A DNA stretch of 64,000 nt, from positions 37,818 to 101,817 of the forward strand of contig DATMAN010000101.1 of assembly GCA_035560005.1 (NCBI GenBank). Direction: 5' to 3'. A model generated the notes under the pieces. That model saw only the letters and a program-made list of their open reading frames with translations. It was not told the origin of the DNA and searched no databases. This document shows positions 31,232-40,091 of this stretch, in pieces. The DNA is from Burkholderiales bacterium (GTDB lineage Bacteria > Pseudomonadota > Gammaproteobacteria > Burkholderiales > Eutrophovitaceae). The stretch's first letter is position 1. Each line of letters begins with the position of its first letter. The translations under genes were made by a program, and so were the position numbers.

Positions 31232-33388
31232 ATGAATACGAAAATCCGCGTATGTGCAGTCCAGTCGCTGGTCTTGTTCCTGTGCACCGTCTCGAATGTG
31301 TGGAGTCAAGGAGGCGAGATCGTCGCTCCGGAAGTGGAGGTGATCGGCACCAAAGAGAATCTGGAACGCATTCCCGGCTCTGGGGAGATCATCGACAACC
31401 GGGTAATCGAGGACACTCACCCGTTCACGATCAATGAAGTGTTGCGCAAGGCCGCCGGCATCAACGTTCGCGATGAAGAGGGGATCGGGCTGCGCCCAAA
31501 CATCGGGATCCGCGGTTTGAACCCGACGCGCTCCACCAAGGTGCTGTTGCTCGAAGACGGAATTCCGCTCGCCTACGCGCCCTACGGCGATAACGCCTCG
31601 TACTACCATCCGCCGATCGAACGCTTCGAGCGTATCGAGATCCTCAAGGGTGCCGGCTTGATCATGTATGGGCCGCAAACCATCGGCGGGCTCATCAACT
31701 ATGTGACACCCGACCCCGCGGTCGAGCCGGGCGGGCAGTTGACCTTGAGCGGCGGCAATCGGGACTACCTGTCCGGCAAGGCGCGTCTCACGGGTCACAA
31801 CATGCTGCTGGATCTGACGCACAAGCAAACCGACGGTGCGCGGGACAACACGCACTCGACGATCAACGACCTTTACTACAAGGCCGTGCTGCCGATGGGC
31901 GACGGTCAGGCGCTCACGCTGCGGGCCAACGCCTACAGCGAGGATTCGAACCTTACGTATTCGGGCATTACCCAGGCCGAGCTTCAGAATTTCGGGATCC
32001 GCTACAACCCGTTCAAGAACGATGAGTTCAAGACCAATCGCTTCGGCGCCTCCGCGACCCATCGAATCGACCTGAGCGAGAACGCGACGCTCATGACGAA
32101 CTTCTACGGGTCGATCTTCAGTCGCGACTGGTGGCGGCAGTCAAGCTCGACCACCGACGGACAATGTAATGCGAGCTATCCGCTGGTGGGGGGCCTGAAT
32201 TTTCAGCAGCAGCGTGCAGCGGGCATCGCCGTCGATACGAATCTCTGCAACTCAGCCCAAGGCAGGCTGCGCGACTACCACACCTATGGTGTCGAGCCCA
32301 GGTTCACATTGCAGCACAACGCCTTCGGGGTGCCGAGCGAACTGGATGCAGGCGTGCGCGCCCATTACGAACGGCAGCAGCGCAAGCAGGTGAACGGGAC
32401 AATCCCGACCGCGCGCACCGGCACGATCGTCGAAGACCAGGTACGACTGACCCAGGCCTACTCCGCCTTCGCGACGAACCGATTCCTGCTGGGCGACAAA
32501 TGGACGGTCACCCCGGGTATTCGCGTCGAGAGCATCAGTGCCGATCGCCGCAATTATCTGGGCAGCAGCGGAAAGACGGACCTGACCGAGTGGATTCCGG
32601 CGCTTGGCGCCACGTTTTCGCCCACGCCTGGCACCACATTCTTCGCCGGCGCGCATCGAGGATTTGCGCCTCCCAGAGTCGAAGACCTGATCAACACGCC
32701 AAACGGTGCGGTTGCCACATTTACCGACGTGGACGCCGAAAGGAGCCTCAATTTCGAGGTGGGCGTTCGCAGCACGATCAGGCAGGGCGTAAGCCTGGAA
32801 GCGACCGCCTTCCGCAACGACTACAGTAACCTGATCGCGGTGGGCTCGATCGCCTCGAACGTGAATCTGTCGCAGGGCGAGGCGCTGACCCAGGGCCTGG
32901 AACTTGCGGCTCGCCTCGACAGTCGCGAGCTGTGGAATACGACGGATAACGCGTTCTTGCAGATCGCCTACACCTGGCTGCCCACCGCCGACCAGGAAAC
33001 TGCATTCGTGGAGGTGGCCAATCAAACGGCCGTTCCGGGCAGCGCTGCCGGCAATCGCCTGCCGTATGCACCGGAGAACACACTAACCGCAACCCTCGGT
33101 TACCAGTTTCCGTGGGGACTTGAAGCGCTGCTCGAAACCGTCCATGTCGGCGAGCAGTTCGCGGATTTCGGGAATACGGCAGCACCCAGCGCAGATGGGC
33201 AGCGGGGATTGATCGACGCGTACACGATCTTCAACCTCGCCGTCAATTACGACTGGAAAGCTGCAGACACCGCGTTGTTCCTCGCGGTAAAGAACCTGGC
33301 AGACAAGGAATATATCGTCGATCGCACGCGCGGCGTTCTGCCGGGCAGCCCTCGCCTCGTGCAGGCGGGGCTCACGTACCGATTTTGA
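31232..33388 (+). CDS. TonB-dependent outer-membrane receptor (iron/siderophore type)
   Basis: Signal peptide, TonB box region EVEVIG, plug motifs (IRGLNPTRSTKVLLLEDGIPL, IEILKG) and a C-terminal aromatic ending LTYRF. Confidence 0.9.
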   Translation: MNTKIRVCAVQSLVLFLCTVSNVWSQGGEIVAPEVEVIGTKENLERIPGSGEIIDNRVIEDTHPFTINEVLRKAAGINVRDEEGIGLRPNIGIRGLNPTRSTKVLLLEDGIPLAYAPYGDNASYYHPPIERFERIEILKGAGLIMYGPQTIGGLINYVTPDPAVEPGGQLTLSGGNRDYLSGKARLTGHNMLLDLTHKQTDGARDNTHSTINDLYYKAVLPMGDGQALTLRANAYSEDSNLTYSGITQAELQNFGIRYNPFKNDEFKTNRFGASATHRIDLSENATLMTNFYGSIFSRDWWRQSSSTTDGQCNASYPLVGGLNFQQQRAAGIAVDTNLCNSAQGRLRDYHTYGVEPRFTLQHNAFGVPSELDAGVRAHYERQQRKQVNGTIPTARTGTIVEDQVRLTQAYSAFATNRFLLGDKWTVTPGIRVESISADRRNYLGSSGKTDLTEWIPALGATFSPTPGTTFFAGAHRGFAPPRVEDLINTPNGAVATFTDVDAERSLNFEVGVRSTIRQGVSLEATAFRNDYSNLIAVGSIASNVNLSQGEALTQGLELAARLDSRELWNTTDNAFLQIAYTWLPTADQETAFVEVANQTAVPGSAAGNRLPYAPENTLTATLGYQFPWGLEALLETVHVGEQFADFGNTAAPSADGQRGLIDAYTIFNLAVNYDWKAADTALFLAVKNLADKEYIVDRTRGVLPGSPRLVQAGLTYRF

Positions 33389-33404
33389 GTAGGGCTTTTC
33401 CTCC

Positions 33405-33436
33405 AACGGCCGGCAACCAAACCGGCCGTTTTTTGG
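33405..33436 (+). terminator. Rho-independent terminator after the receptor gene
   Basis: AACGGCCGG-caaccaaa-CCGGCCGTT followed by TTTTGG. Confidence 0.75.
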
Positions 33437-33454
33437 ATCCTCGCCCGCAGTCCG

Positions 33455-33473
33455 CAAAATGATTATGATTCGC
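33455..33473. promoter_or_regulatory. Fur-box-like site upstream of the cytochrome c-FTR1 gene
   Basis: CAAAATGATTATGATTCGC matches the Fur consensus at 13/19 positions (hand count). It lies 28 nt upstream of ATG 33501. Confidence 0.6.
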
Positions 33474-33500
33474 GTTACTTGATGCAGACGATGGGCCGGC

Positions 33501-35414
33501 ATGTCTACGCGACTTTTCAGGGCCTTGCTTGGAACCTTGGCGGCGTTTCTGATTCTTGGAGCAGCCCAGGCAGATGCGCCCCCGATACATAGCGCCCAGC
33601 AAGTCTTGCATCTGCTGGATTACATCGCGGTCGAATACCCCGAGTTCGTCCGGAACGGCAAGGTCACGGACGAAGCCGAGTATCAGGAACAAGTCGAGTT
33701 CTCCGAGCAAGTAGCGCGCACCCTTGCCGGCTTTCCGGACAACGAGCACCGTTCGGCACTCGTCACGGCCGCACAGCAACTTCACGAGGCCATCCTCGCC
33801 AAGGCAAAAGGCGACCAGGTCGTCGCGCTCGCGCGTCGTCTGCAGGGCGACCTGACCGCGACCTACGACATCCGGCTCGCCCCCGCCTCTCCCCCGGATC
33901 TCGCTCGCGGGGCCGCCCTGTACGAGGCAAATTGTGCGACTTGCCATGGGGCCAGAGGCGATGGTCGTGGACCCGCCGCGGGCGGACTCGATCCGGCACC
34001 GACCGACTTCACCGATCACGCGCGTCAATCGCAGCGCAGCGTGCTCGGCCTGTTCAACACGATCTCTCTCGGTGTGGACGGCACGGCGATGGCGGCGTTC
34101 TCGCAGCTTTCCGACGCCGACCGCTGGGCGCTCGCCTTCTACGTGAGCCGCTTCGCAGCCTCCGACGCCGAGCAAGCGCGCGGCGAAGCACTCTGGCGGC
34201 AGGGTGGCCCGCGGTTGTTCTCCGGGCTTTCCGAGGTGGTGACCACCACGCCTGCGGAGGCAATGGCCGACAGCCCTGAGAAGCACGCCGTGCTCCTTTA
34301 TCTGCGCGCGCACCCCGATGCGCTTTCGAGCCCCGCCGGCGATGCGCTTTCGGTCGCGCAAGCCAAGACCGAAGAAAGCCTGCGCCTCTACGCCCAAGGG
34401 CGCTCAGAAGAGGCCTACCGCAGTGCGCTCGCCGCGTACCTCGACGGGTTCGAGCTTGCCGAAGCGCTCGTCTCGGCCGAAACCCGAGCGCGCGTGGAGC
34501 AGAAGATGGTCGCCTATCGCTCGCTTCTGCGCTCGGGTGCGCCGGTGGCGGAAGTCAGCGCTGCCGCGGACGAACTGGCGCATGAATTCAGCAAAGCGAG
34601 GGAATCGATGTCGGGCGGCTCCGCGTCGACCGGGACGAACTTCGTCGCGTCGCTCATCATCATCCTGCGCGAGGGGCTCGAGGCGATGCTCGTCATCGCC
34701 GCGATCGCCGCGTTTCTAGCCCGCTCGGGCCGGCGCGATGCCCTGGCCTATGTTCATTTCGGCTGGATCGGAGCACTGGCTGCCGGTGGCGTAACGTGGA
34801 TAGTTTCGAGCACACTGTTCGCGTTCACAGGGGCTCAGCGCGAGACGACCGAGGGTGTCACCGCCCTGCTTGCCGCGGCGATCCTGCTCTACGCCGGCTA
34901 CTGGCTGCACTCCAAGAGTCATTCGGCGCGCTGGCAGGCATACATCCGCGGCGAAATCAGCGGGGCAGTGTCCTCCGGTCAATTACGGATGCTGGGACTG
35001 GTCTCCTTCCTCGCCGTGTACCGGGAAGCATTCGAGACCGTGCTCTTCATGCAAGCGTTGTGGGTGCAGGCCGATGCGCCCGGCCGCAGCGCTCTGCTTG
35101 CCGGGATCGCGGCCGGCGCCGCGCTCCTGGTCGTCGTGGCGTGGCTGATTGCGCGCTTCAGCCTGCGGCTGCCGTTGAGATTGTTTTTCACCGCGAGCGC
35201 TTTCTTCCTCGCGGTCCTGGCTGTCGTGTTCGCCGGAAAAGGCATTGCGGCCCTGCAGGCAGCCGGCAAGCTGCCGATGACTCCCGCGGGCCTGCCGAGC
35301 CTGCCCGCGCTCGGCATCTACCCCAACTGGCAGGGTCTTGCCCTGCAGATCCTGATCATCGTGCTGATCGCCATGGTGTTCTGGTACGGCAGCACGAACG
35401 CCCGCCGCGGGTGA
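33501..35414 (+). CDS. Cytochrome c domain fused to an FTR1-family iron permease
   Basis: Signal peptide followed by a ~380-aa periplasmic region with the heme motif CATCHG. A polytopic FTR1 domain follows, with two RExxE motifs (REGLE, REAFE). Confidence 0.85.
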   Translation: MSTRLFRALLGTLAAFLILGAAQADAPPIHSAQQVLHLLDYIAVEYPEFVRNGKVTDEAEYQEQVEFSEQVARTLAGFPDNEHRSALVTAAQQLHEAILAKAKGDQVVALARRLQGDLTATYDIRLAPASPPDLARGAALYEANCATCHGARGDGRGPAAGGLDPAPTDFTDHARQSQRSVLGLFNTISLGVDGTAMAAFSQLSDADRWALAFYVSRFAASDAEQARGEALWRQGGPRLFSGLSEVVTTTPAEAMADSPEKHAVLLYLRAHPDALSSPAGDALSVAQAKTEESLRLYAQGRSEEAYRSALAAYLDGFELAEALVSAETRARVEQKMVAYRSLLRSGAPVAEVSAAADELAHEFSKARESMSGGSASTGTNFVASLIIILREGLEAMLVIAAIAAFLARSGRRDALAYVHFGWIGALAAGGVTWIVSSTLFAFTGAQRETTEGVTALLAAAILLYAGYWLHSKSHSARWQAYIRGEISGAVSSGQLRMLGLVSFLAVYREAFETVLFMQALWVQADAPGRSALLAGIAAGAALLVVVAWLIARFSLRLPLRLFFTASAFFLAVLAVVFAGKGIAALQAAGKLPMTPAGLPSLPALGIYPNWQGLALQILIIVLIAMVFWYGSTNARRG

Positions 35415-35440
35415 TGATCGTAGAGCTACTGGAGGCAACA

Positions 35441-36436
35441 GTGCGTTGGATATGCGTTGCGCTCGCCGCCCTGCTCGCCGTGCCGCTGGGCGCAAACGGC
35501 GCGCAGGAAGTCACCGTCTATTCGGCTCGAATCGAGCAGCTCGTTCGGCCCTTGTTCGATGCCTATGCCAAGCAGACCGGCGTCAACGTTCGCTTCATCA
35601 CCGACAAGGAAGGCCCGCTGCTCGAGCGCCTCAAGGCCGAGGGCCGCAACACGCCCGCCGATATTCTGCTCACGGTCGATGCCGGCAATCTCTGGCAGGC
35701 TGCCGAAGCCGCGCTGCTCCAGCCGGTTCGCTCCTCGATCCTGGAAGCCAATATTCCGGCGCATCTGCGCGACCCGCAGGGCCTGTGGTTCGGACTGTCG
35801 GTGCGTGCGCGGACCATCGTCTACAACACCGATCGGGTGAAGCCATCGGAGCTATCGACCTACGAGAACCTGGCTGAGCCGCACTGGAAAGGCAGGCTGT
35901 GCCTGCGTACTTCGAAGAAGGTCTACAACCAGTCCCTGGTCGCGATGATGCTGGCGGAGCACGGCGAGGCGAAGACAAGCCAGGTCGTTCGAGGCTGGGT
36001 GGAGAATCTCTCCGCGCCGGTGTTCGCGGACGACACGATGATGTTGCGGGCGATCGCCGCCGGCCAGTGCGACGTCGGCATTGCGAACACGTATTACTTC
36101 GGACGCCTGAAACAGCAGTCACCCTCCTTGCCGCTCGCGATCTTCTGGCCGAACCAGGACAGCAGCGGAGTGCATGTCAACGTCTCGGGTGCGGGCGTGA
36201 CCCGTTACGCGAAGAACCGCGATGGCGCGATCAAACTTCTCGAGTGGTTGTCTTCACCGCGGGCGCAGAGCATTTACGCCGACGCCAACCTGGAGTATCC
36301 GGTCAATCCCGCGGTCAAGCCCGATCCGCTGGTGGCGAGCTGGGGCACCTTCAAGCAGAACCTGATCAACGTCGCCAAGGCCGGCGAGCTGCAGGCTGCC
36401 GCAGTGAAACTCATGGACCGTGCAGGCTATCGATAA
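35441..36436 (+). CDS. fbpA: Fe(3+) ABC transporter substrate-binding protein
   Basis: Signal peptide VRWICVALAALLAVPLGANG, then an FbpA/AfuA-like sequence (VTVYSAR...LLTVDAGNLW...YNTDRV). GTG 35441 follows a GGAGG SD. ATG 35414, which overlaps the FTR1 stop by 1 nt, is an alternative start. Confidence 0.85.
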   Translation: MRWICVALAALLAVPLGANGAQEVTVYSARIEQLVRPLFDAYAKQTGVNVRFITDKEGPLLERLKAEGRNTPADILLTVDAGNLWQAAEAALLQPVRSSILEANIPAHLRDPQGLWFGLSVRARTIVYNTDRVKPSELSTYENLAEPHWKGRLCLRTSKKVYNQSLVAMMLAEHGEAKTSQVVRGWVENLSAPVFADDTMMLRAIAAGQCDVGIANTYYFGRLKQQSPSLPLAIFWPNQDSSGVHVNVSGAGVTRYAKNRDGAIKLLEWLSSPRAQSIYADANLEYPVNPAVKPDPLVASWGTFKQNLINVAKAGELQAAAVKLMDRAGYR

Positions 36437-38066
36437 CCTCCCCCCTGCCTGGACGAGGGCCCGCAAAGCTGCACTCGGCTGGCGGGCCTTCTTGTTTCTG
36501 GCGGCGGGGCTCACCGCAGCACCGCTGCTGGTGGTGTTCTCGGCCTTCCTGACCCCGGCCGACGATGTGTGGCGCCATTTCGCCGATACGATCCTCGGAG
36601 AGATCCTGTTCAACACCTTCGCGCTGGCTGTCGGGGTCGGCGTCGGCTGTGCCCTCATCGGCGTGGGGCTTGCCTGGCTGATCGCCGTCTGCGATTTCCC
36701 GGGACGCCGGTTCTTCGACTGGGCGCTGCTGCTGCCCCTCGCAGTGCCCGCCTATGTCACTGCGTTCGTGGTCATCGGCCTGCTGGATTTCAGCGGGCCG
36801 GTACAGACAGCGCTGCGCGAACTGACCGGCTCGTCACTGCGCTGGTTTCCGCAGATTCGCAGCCGGGGTGGCGCAATTGTCGTGCTTACCCTGGCGCTTT
36901 ATCCCTATGTCTACCTGTTGGCGCGCAATGCCTTTTCCACTCAGGGCAGAAGAATGCTGGAAGCCGGCCGCGTCCTCGGTCTGACATCCAGAGGTGCATT
37001 CTTCAGGGTGGCGCTGCCCATGGCGCGCCCGTGGATCGCTGCCGGACTCGCCCTGGTATTGATGGAGACGCTGGCCGATTTCGGGGCGGTCGCGGCATTC
37101 AACTACGACACCTTGACGACCGGCGTCTACAAGGCCTGGTACGCCTTGTTCTCTCTCCCGGCCGCCTCGCAGGTCGCGTCGCTGCTCGTGCTCGTCGCCT
37201 TTCTTGTGCTCGCGCTCGAACAAACTACGCGCGCACGAACGCTCTTTACGCCTGCCCATGGTTCCGGACCGGGCCAGCGGGTTCGCCTGTCCGGCTGGCA
37301 GGCGTGGTGCGCGACCGCGGCTTGTGGCGTCGTGCTCCTGGCTGCTTTCGGCCTGCCGCTGTTCCAGCTCGTGCTGTGGACAGCCACCTACGGTGCTCAG
37401 GACTTCGACGTGCGCTATCTGGGCTATGTCTGGCATTCGGTGTTGCTCGCATCGGTCGCTGCGCTGACAGTATGTGCACTCGCCGTTGGCCTCGCCTTCG
37501 CGGGTCGCCGCGACACCCGACCGGCCGCCCGTTTGGCGGTGAGAATCGCCACCCTCGGCTATGCCGTTCCGGGTGCGGTGCTCGCCGTGGGGATTTTCAT
37601 GGCTTTCGGCTGGGTCGACGCACTTCTGCCGCTGTGGTTGCGGACCTTGACGGGTGCGCAACCCGGTGCGCTCCTGCAGGGCTCGGTCGTCGCCATGATA
37701 CTGGCCTACGTCGTCCGGTTCCTCGCCGTGGGTTTCGGCCCGATTGACAGCGCCTTTCATCGCGTGACCCGCAATGTCGAGGAGGCTGCGATCTCGCTCG
37801 GAGCATCAGGCTGGCGCTTGCTGGCGCGGGTACACCTGCCGATGCTGCGCGGCGGACTCGCAACCGGCGCGATCCTGGTGTTTGTGGACGTGATGAAGGA
37901 GATGCCCATCACTCTGATGTCGCGTCCGTTTGGCTGGGACACGCTCGCCGTGCGCATTTTCGAACTCACTTCCGAGGGCCAGTGGCAGCAGGCCGCGCTG
38001 CCTGCGGTGGTACTGGTCGCCACCGGCATCCTTCCCGTGATGCGGCTCGCCCGCCAGGCCGGTTGA
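36420..38066 (+). CDS. fbpB: Fe(3+) ABC transporter permease (duplicated BPD_transp_1 domains)
   Basis: 548-aa, 12-TM-type permease. Its GTG start overlaps the fbpA 3' end. Confidence 0.85.
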   Translation: MQAIDNLPPAWTRARKAALGWRAFLFLAAGLTAAPLLVVFSAFLTPADDVWRHFADTILGEILFNTFALAVGVGVGCALIGVGLAWLIAVCDFPGRRFFDWALLLPLAVPAYVTAFVVIGLLDFSGPVQTALRELTGSSLRWFPQIRSRGGAIVVLTLALYPYVYLLARNAFSTQGRRMLEAGRVLGLTSRGAFFRVALPMARPWIAAGLALVLMETLADFGAVAAFNYDTLTTGVYKAWYALFSLPAASQVASLLVLVAFLVLALEQTTRARTLFTPAHGSGPGQRVRLSGWQAWCATAACGVVLLAAFGLPLFQLVLWTATYGAQDFDVRYLGYVWHSVLLASVAALTVCALAVGLAFAGRRDTRPAARLAVRIATLGYAVPGAVLAVGIFMAFGWVDALLPLWLRTLTGAQPGALLQGSVVAMILAYVVRFLAVGFGPIDSAFHRVTRNVEEAAISLGASGWRLLARVHLPMLRGGLATGAILVFVDVMKEMPITLMSRPFGWDTLAVRIFELTSEGQWQQAALPAVVLVATGILPVMRLARQAG

Positions 38067-38077
38067 TTGCGGCCGCC

Positions 38078-39142
38078 ATGTCCGCCCTGGTCGAACTCAG
38101 AAGCGTGCGGCTGTCCTACGGGGCGCAGCGCGTACTGGAGGGACTGTCACTGCGTCTGGAACGAGGACAAATCGGCTGCCTGCTCGGGCCCAGCGGCTGC
38201 GGCAAGACCTCCGTGCTCCGCTGCATCGCCGGATTCGAGCCCATCGAATCCGGAGAAATACGGATAGCGGATCGGGTGGTCAGCAGCCCGACGCTGCACT
38301 TGTCGCCGGAGGCACGTCGGGTCGGAATGGTCTTCCAGGACTACGCCTTGTTTCCTCACCTGACGGTGGCGCAGAACGTGGCTTTCGGCCTTCGCGGCCT
38401 GCCGCGCGAAGCGCGCCGGCGCCGTGTCGACGAAATGCTGGAAACTACCGGTCTCGGTTGCGTGCGCCAGCGCTATCCACACGAACTGTCCGGCGGGCAG
38501 CAACAGCGTGTGGCGCTGGCGCGCGCGCTCGCCCCCCGGCCGGAACTGCTGATGCTCGACGAACCGTTTTCCAATCTGGATATCGAACTGCGCGAGCGCC
38601 TCGGCACCGAAGTACGCGAGGTTCTCCGACAACAGGGTTCGACCGTCCTGCTCGTCACGCACGACCAGCAGGAGGCGTTCGCAATGGCGGACGAAATCGG
38701 CATCATGGCCGGCGGTGCCATCCAGCAGTGGGACAGCGCCTACAACGTCTATCATCGGCCGGCCAACCGTTTCGTCGCGGACTTCGTTGGACAGGGCGTC
38801 TTTCTACCGGGCCGGTTCAATGGAAGCGGAAAGATCGAGACGGAACTGGGTGCATTGCCCGGCGAGATCAAGACGGCCTCGGGCGGCCTCGGCTGCGAAG
38901 TGGAGCAGGTCGAAGTCCTGCTGCGACCGGACGACGTGGTTCACGACGATTCCAGCCCCAGAAAGGCCGTCGTGCTGCACAAGGCCTTCCGCGGCGCGCA
39001 GATCCTCTACACCTTGGGCCTGCCGGGTGGAAGCAGGTTGCTGGCGCTCGTGCCCAGCCATCACAACCATCCGATCGGAAGCGAGATCGGCATCCGCCTG
39101 GAAGCGGAACACGTGATCGCCTTTCCACGGGCCCCGCGATAA
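38078..39142 (+). CDS. fbpC: Fe(3+) ABC transporter ATP-binding protein
   Basis: Walker A GPSGCGKTS, signature LSGGQQQRVALARAL, Walker B LLMLDEP and a C-terminal TOBE-like domain. Confidence 0.9.
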   Translation: MSALVELRSVRLSYGAQRVLEGLSLRLERGQIGCLLGPSGCGKTSVLRCIAGFEPIESGEIRIADRVVSSPTLHLSPEARRVGMVFQDYALFPHLTVAQNVAFGLRGLPREARRRRVDEMLETTGLGCVRQRYPHELSGGQQQRVALARALAPRPELLMLDEPFSNLDIELRERLGTEVREVLRQQGSTVLLVTHDQQEAFAMADEIGIMAGGAIQQWDSAYNVYHRPANRFVADFVGQGVFLPGRFNGSGKIETELGALPGEIKTASGGLGCEVEQVEVLLRPDDVVHDDSSPRKAVVLHKAFRGAQILYTLGLPGGSRLLALVPSHHNHPIGSEIGIRLEAEHVIAFPRAPR

Positions 39143-39182
39143 CGAGGCCGGAGCAGCCTCCTTCGCAGGACGAGCGCCTGTT

Positions 39183-39725
39183 CTACCTTCCGGGCAGCAT
39201 GCGCTGGAAAACGCCATCCTTGTCGACCAGCAGATGCTTCAACGCCGCGACCACGTGCACCACGATGAGTGCCATGAGCAGGACCGCCGTGGTGCCGTGG
39301 ATGCCTTGCAGAAAGTCGTAGATCTCCTTGTTCTCCGGTCCGAGCGGGGGAATCTTGAACAGGCCGAAGTAGGTCACGCCGAACTTCGTGAACTGGGAGG
39401 CGGAAAACCCGGCCAGCGGCATGACGATCAGGCACAGATACAGCAGCGCATGGCTGATCCTCGAGGCGCGTACTTGCCATCCCGGAACCGAAGGGGGTAA
39501 CGGGGGGGGAGGGTTCCTGTAGCGCCACCAGAGGCGCAACAGCACCACCAGCCCGGTCGTCAGTCCGATCGACTTGTGGAGGTTGTAGAAGAACGAACGT
39601 TCGGGTGTGCCGCGCGGGATGTCGGTCATGTAGAGACCGAGGCCGATCAACGTCAGGACCAGCACCGCGGTGATCCAGTGCAGCGCAATCGCCAAGGTCG
39701 AATAACGCTGCGCGTTCTCGGACAT
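39183..39725 (-). CDS. Cytochrome b561 family protein
   Basis: Four TM helices with conserved His residues (ALHWITAVLVL, HKSIG, HALLYL, HVVAALKH), as in CybB. Confidence 0.85.
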   Translation of the reverse strand: MSENAQRYSTLAIALHWITAVLVLTLIGLGLYMTDIPRGTPERSFFYNLHKSIGLTTGLVVLLRLWWRYRNPPPPLPPSVPGWQVRASRISHALLYLCLIVMPLAGFSASQFTKFGVTYFGLFKIPPLGPENKEIYDFLQGIHGTTAVLLMALIVVHVVAALKHLLVDKDGVFQRMLPGR

Positions 39726-39914
39726 CTTCCCCTCCTTCCGGTCGATGGGCCGGTATGTTACGGGGCCGCCTCAGTCGATGACAACTGCTCGCCGCGCGTT
39801 CGAACCTCGCGTTCCTGCCTGACAGGCGCCCGGTTTCGTCGAACGCTACCGGGAACTTTGGTCCGAGAAGTTGCACGCAAGGTCTGCAGCCTTCAGTGCC
39901 GCGGACATGCAAAT

Positions 39915-39929
39915 CGGGAATTTTTCCCG
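39915..39929. promoter_or_regulatory. 15-bp palindrome CGGGAA-ttt-TTCCCG in the divergent cyb561/receptor intergenic region
   Basis: Read directly from the sequence. Function unknown. Confidence 0.3.
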
Positions 39930-40091
39930 GTCCGTCAAAGGACAATTGTGTTTTCTCCTCAGGTAGGATTCCGGTCACCCGCGGGGAACCCGAAATCCGA
40001 ACGTCGCCAGGGTGCCGCTCCCGGTGGCGTGCGCCGCCACGCGCGCGACCATTACCGGCTCGAAGACAAAGTTCAAAGGGAGGAATATCCG

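Noticed and set aside
39950-40080. Cobalamin riboswitch upstream of the receptor at 40092
   Set aside because: Only loose resemblance was found (GGGAAC..AAATCCG, GCTCGAAGAC). The conserved GGTG, GCCACTG and full B12-box elements are missing, and the receptor is larger than typical BtuB. It is kept only as a region to scan with Infernal.
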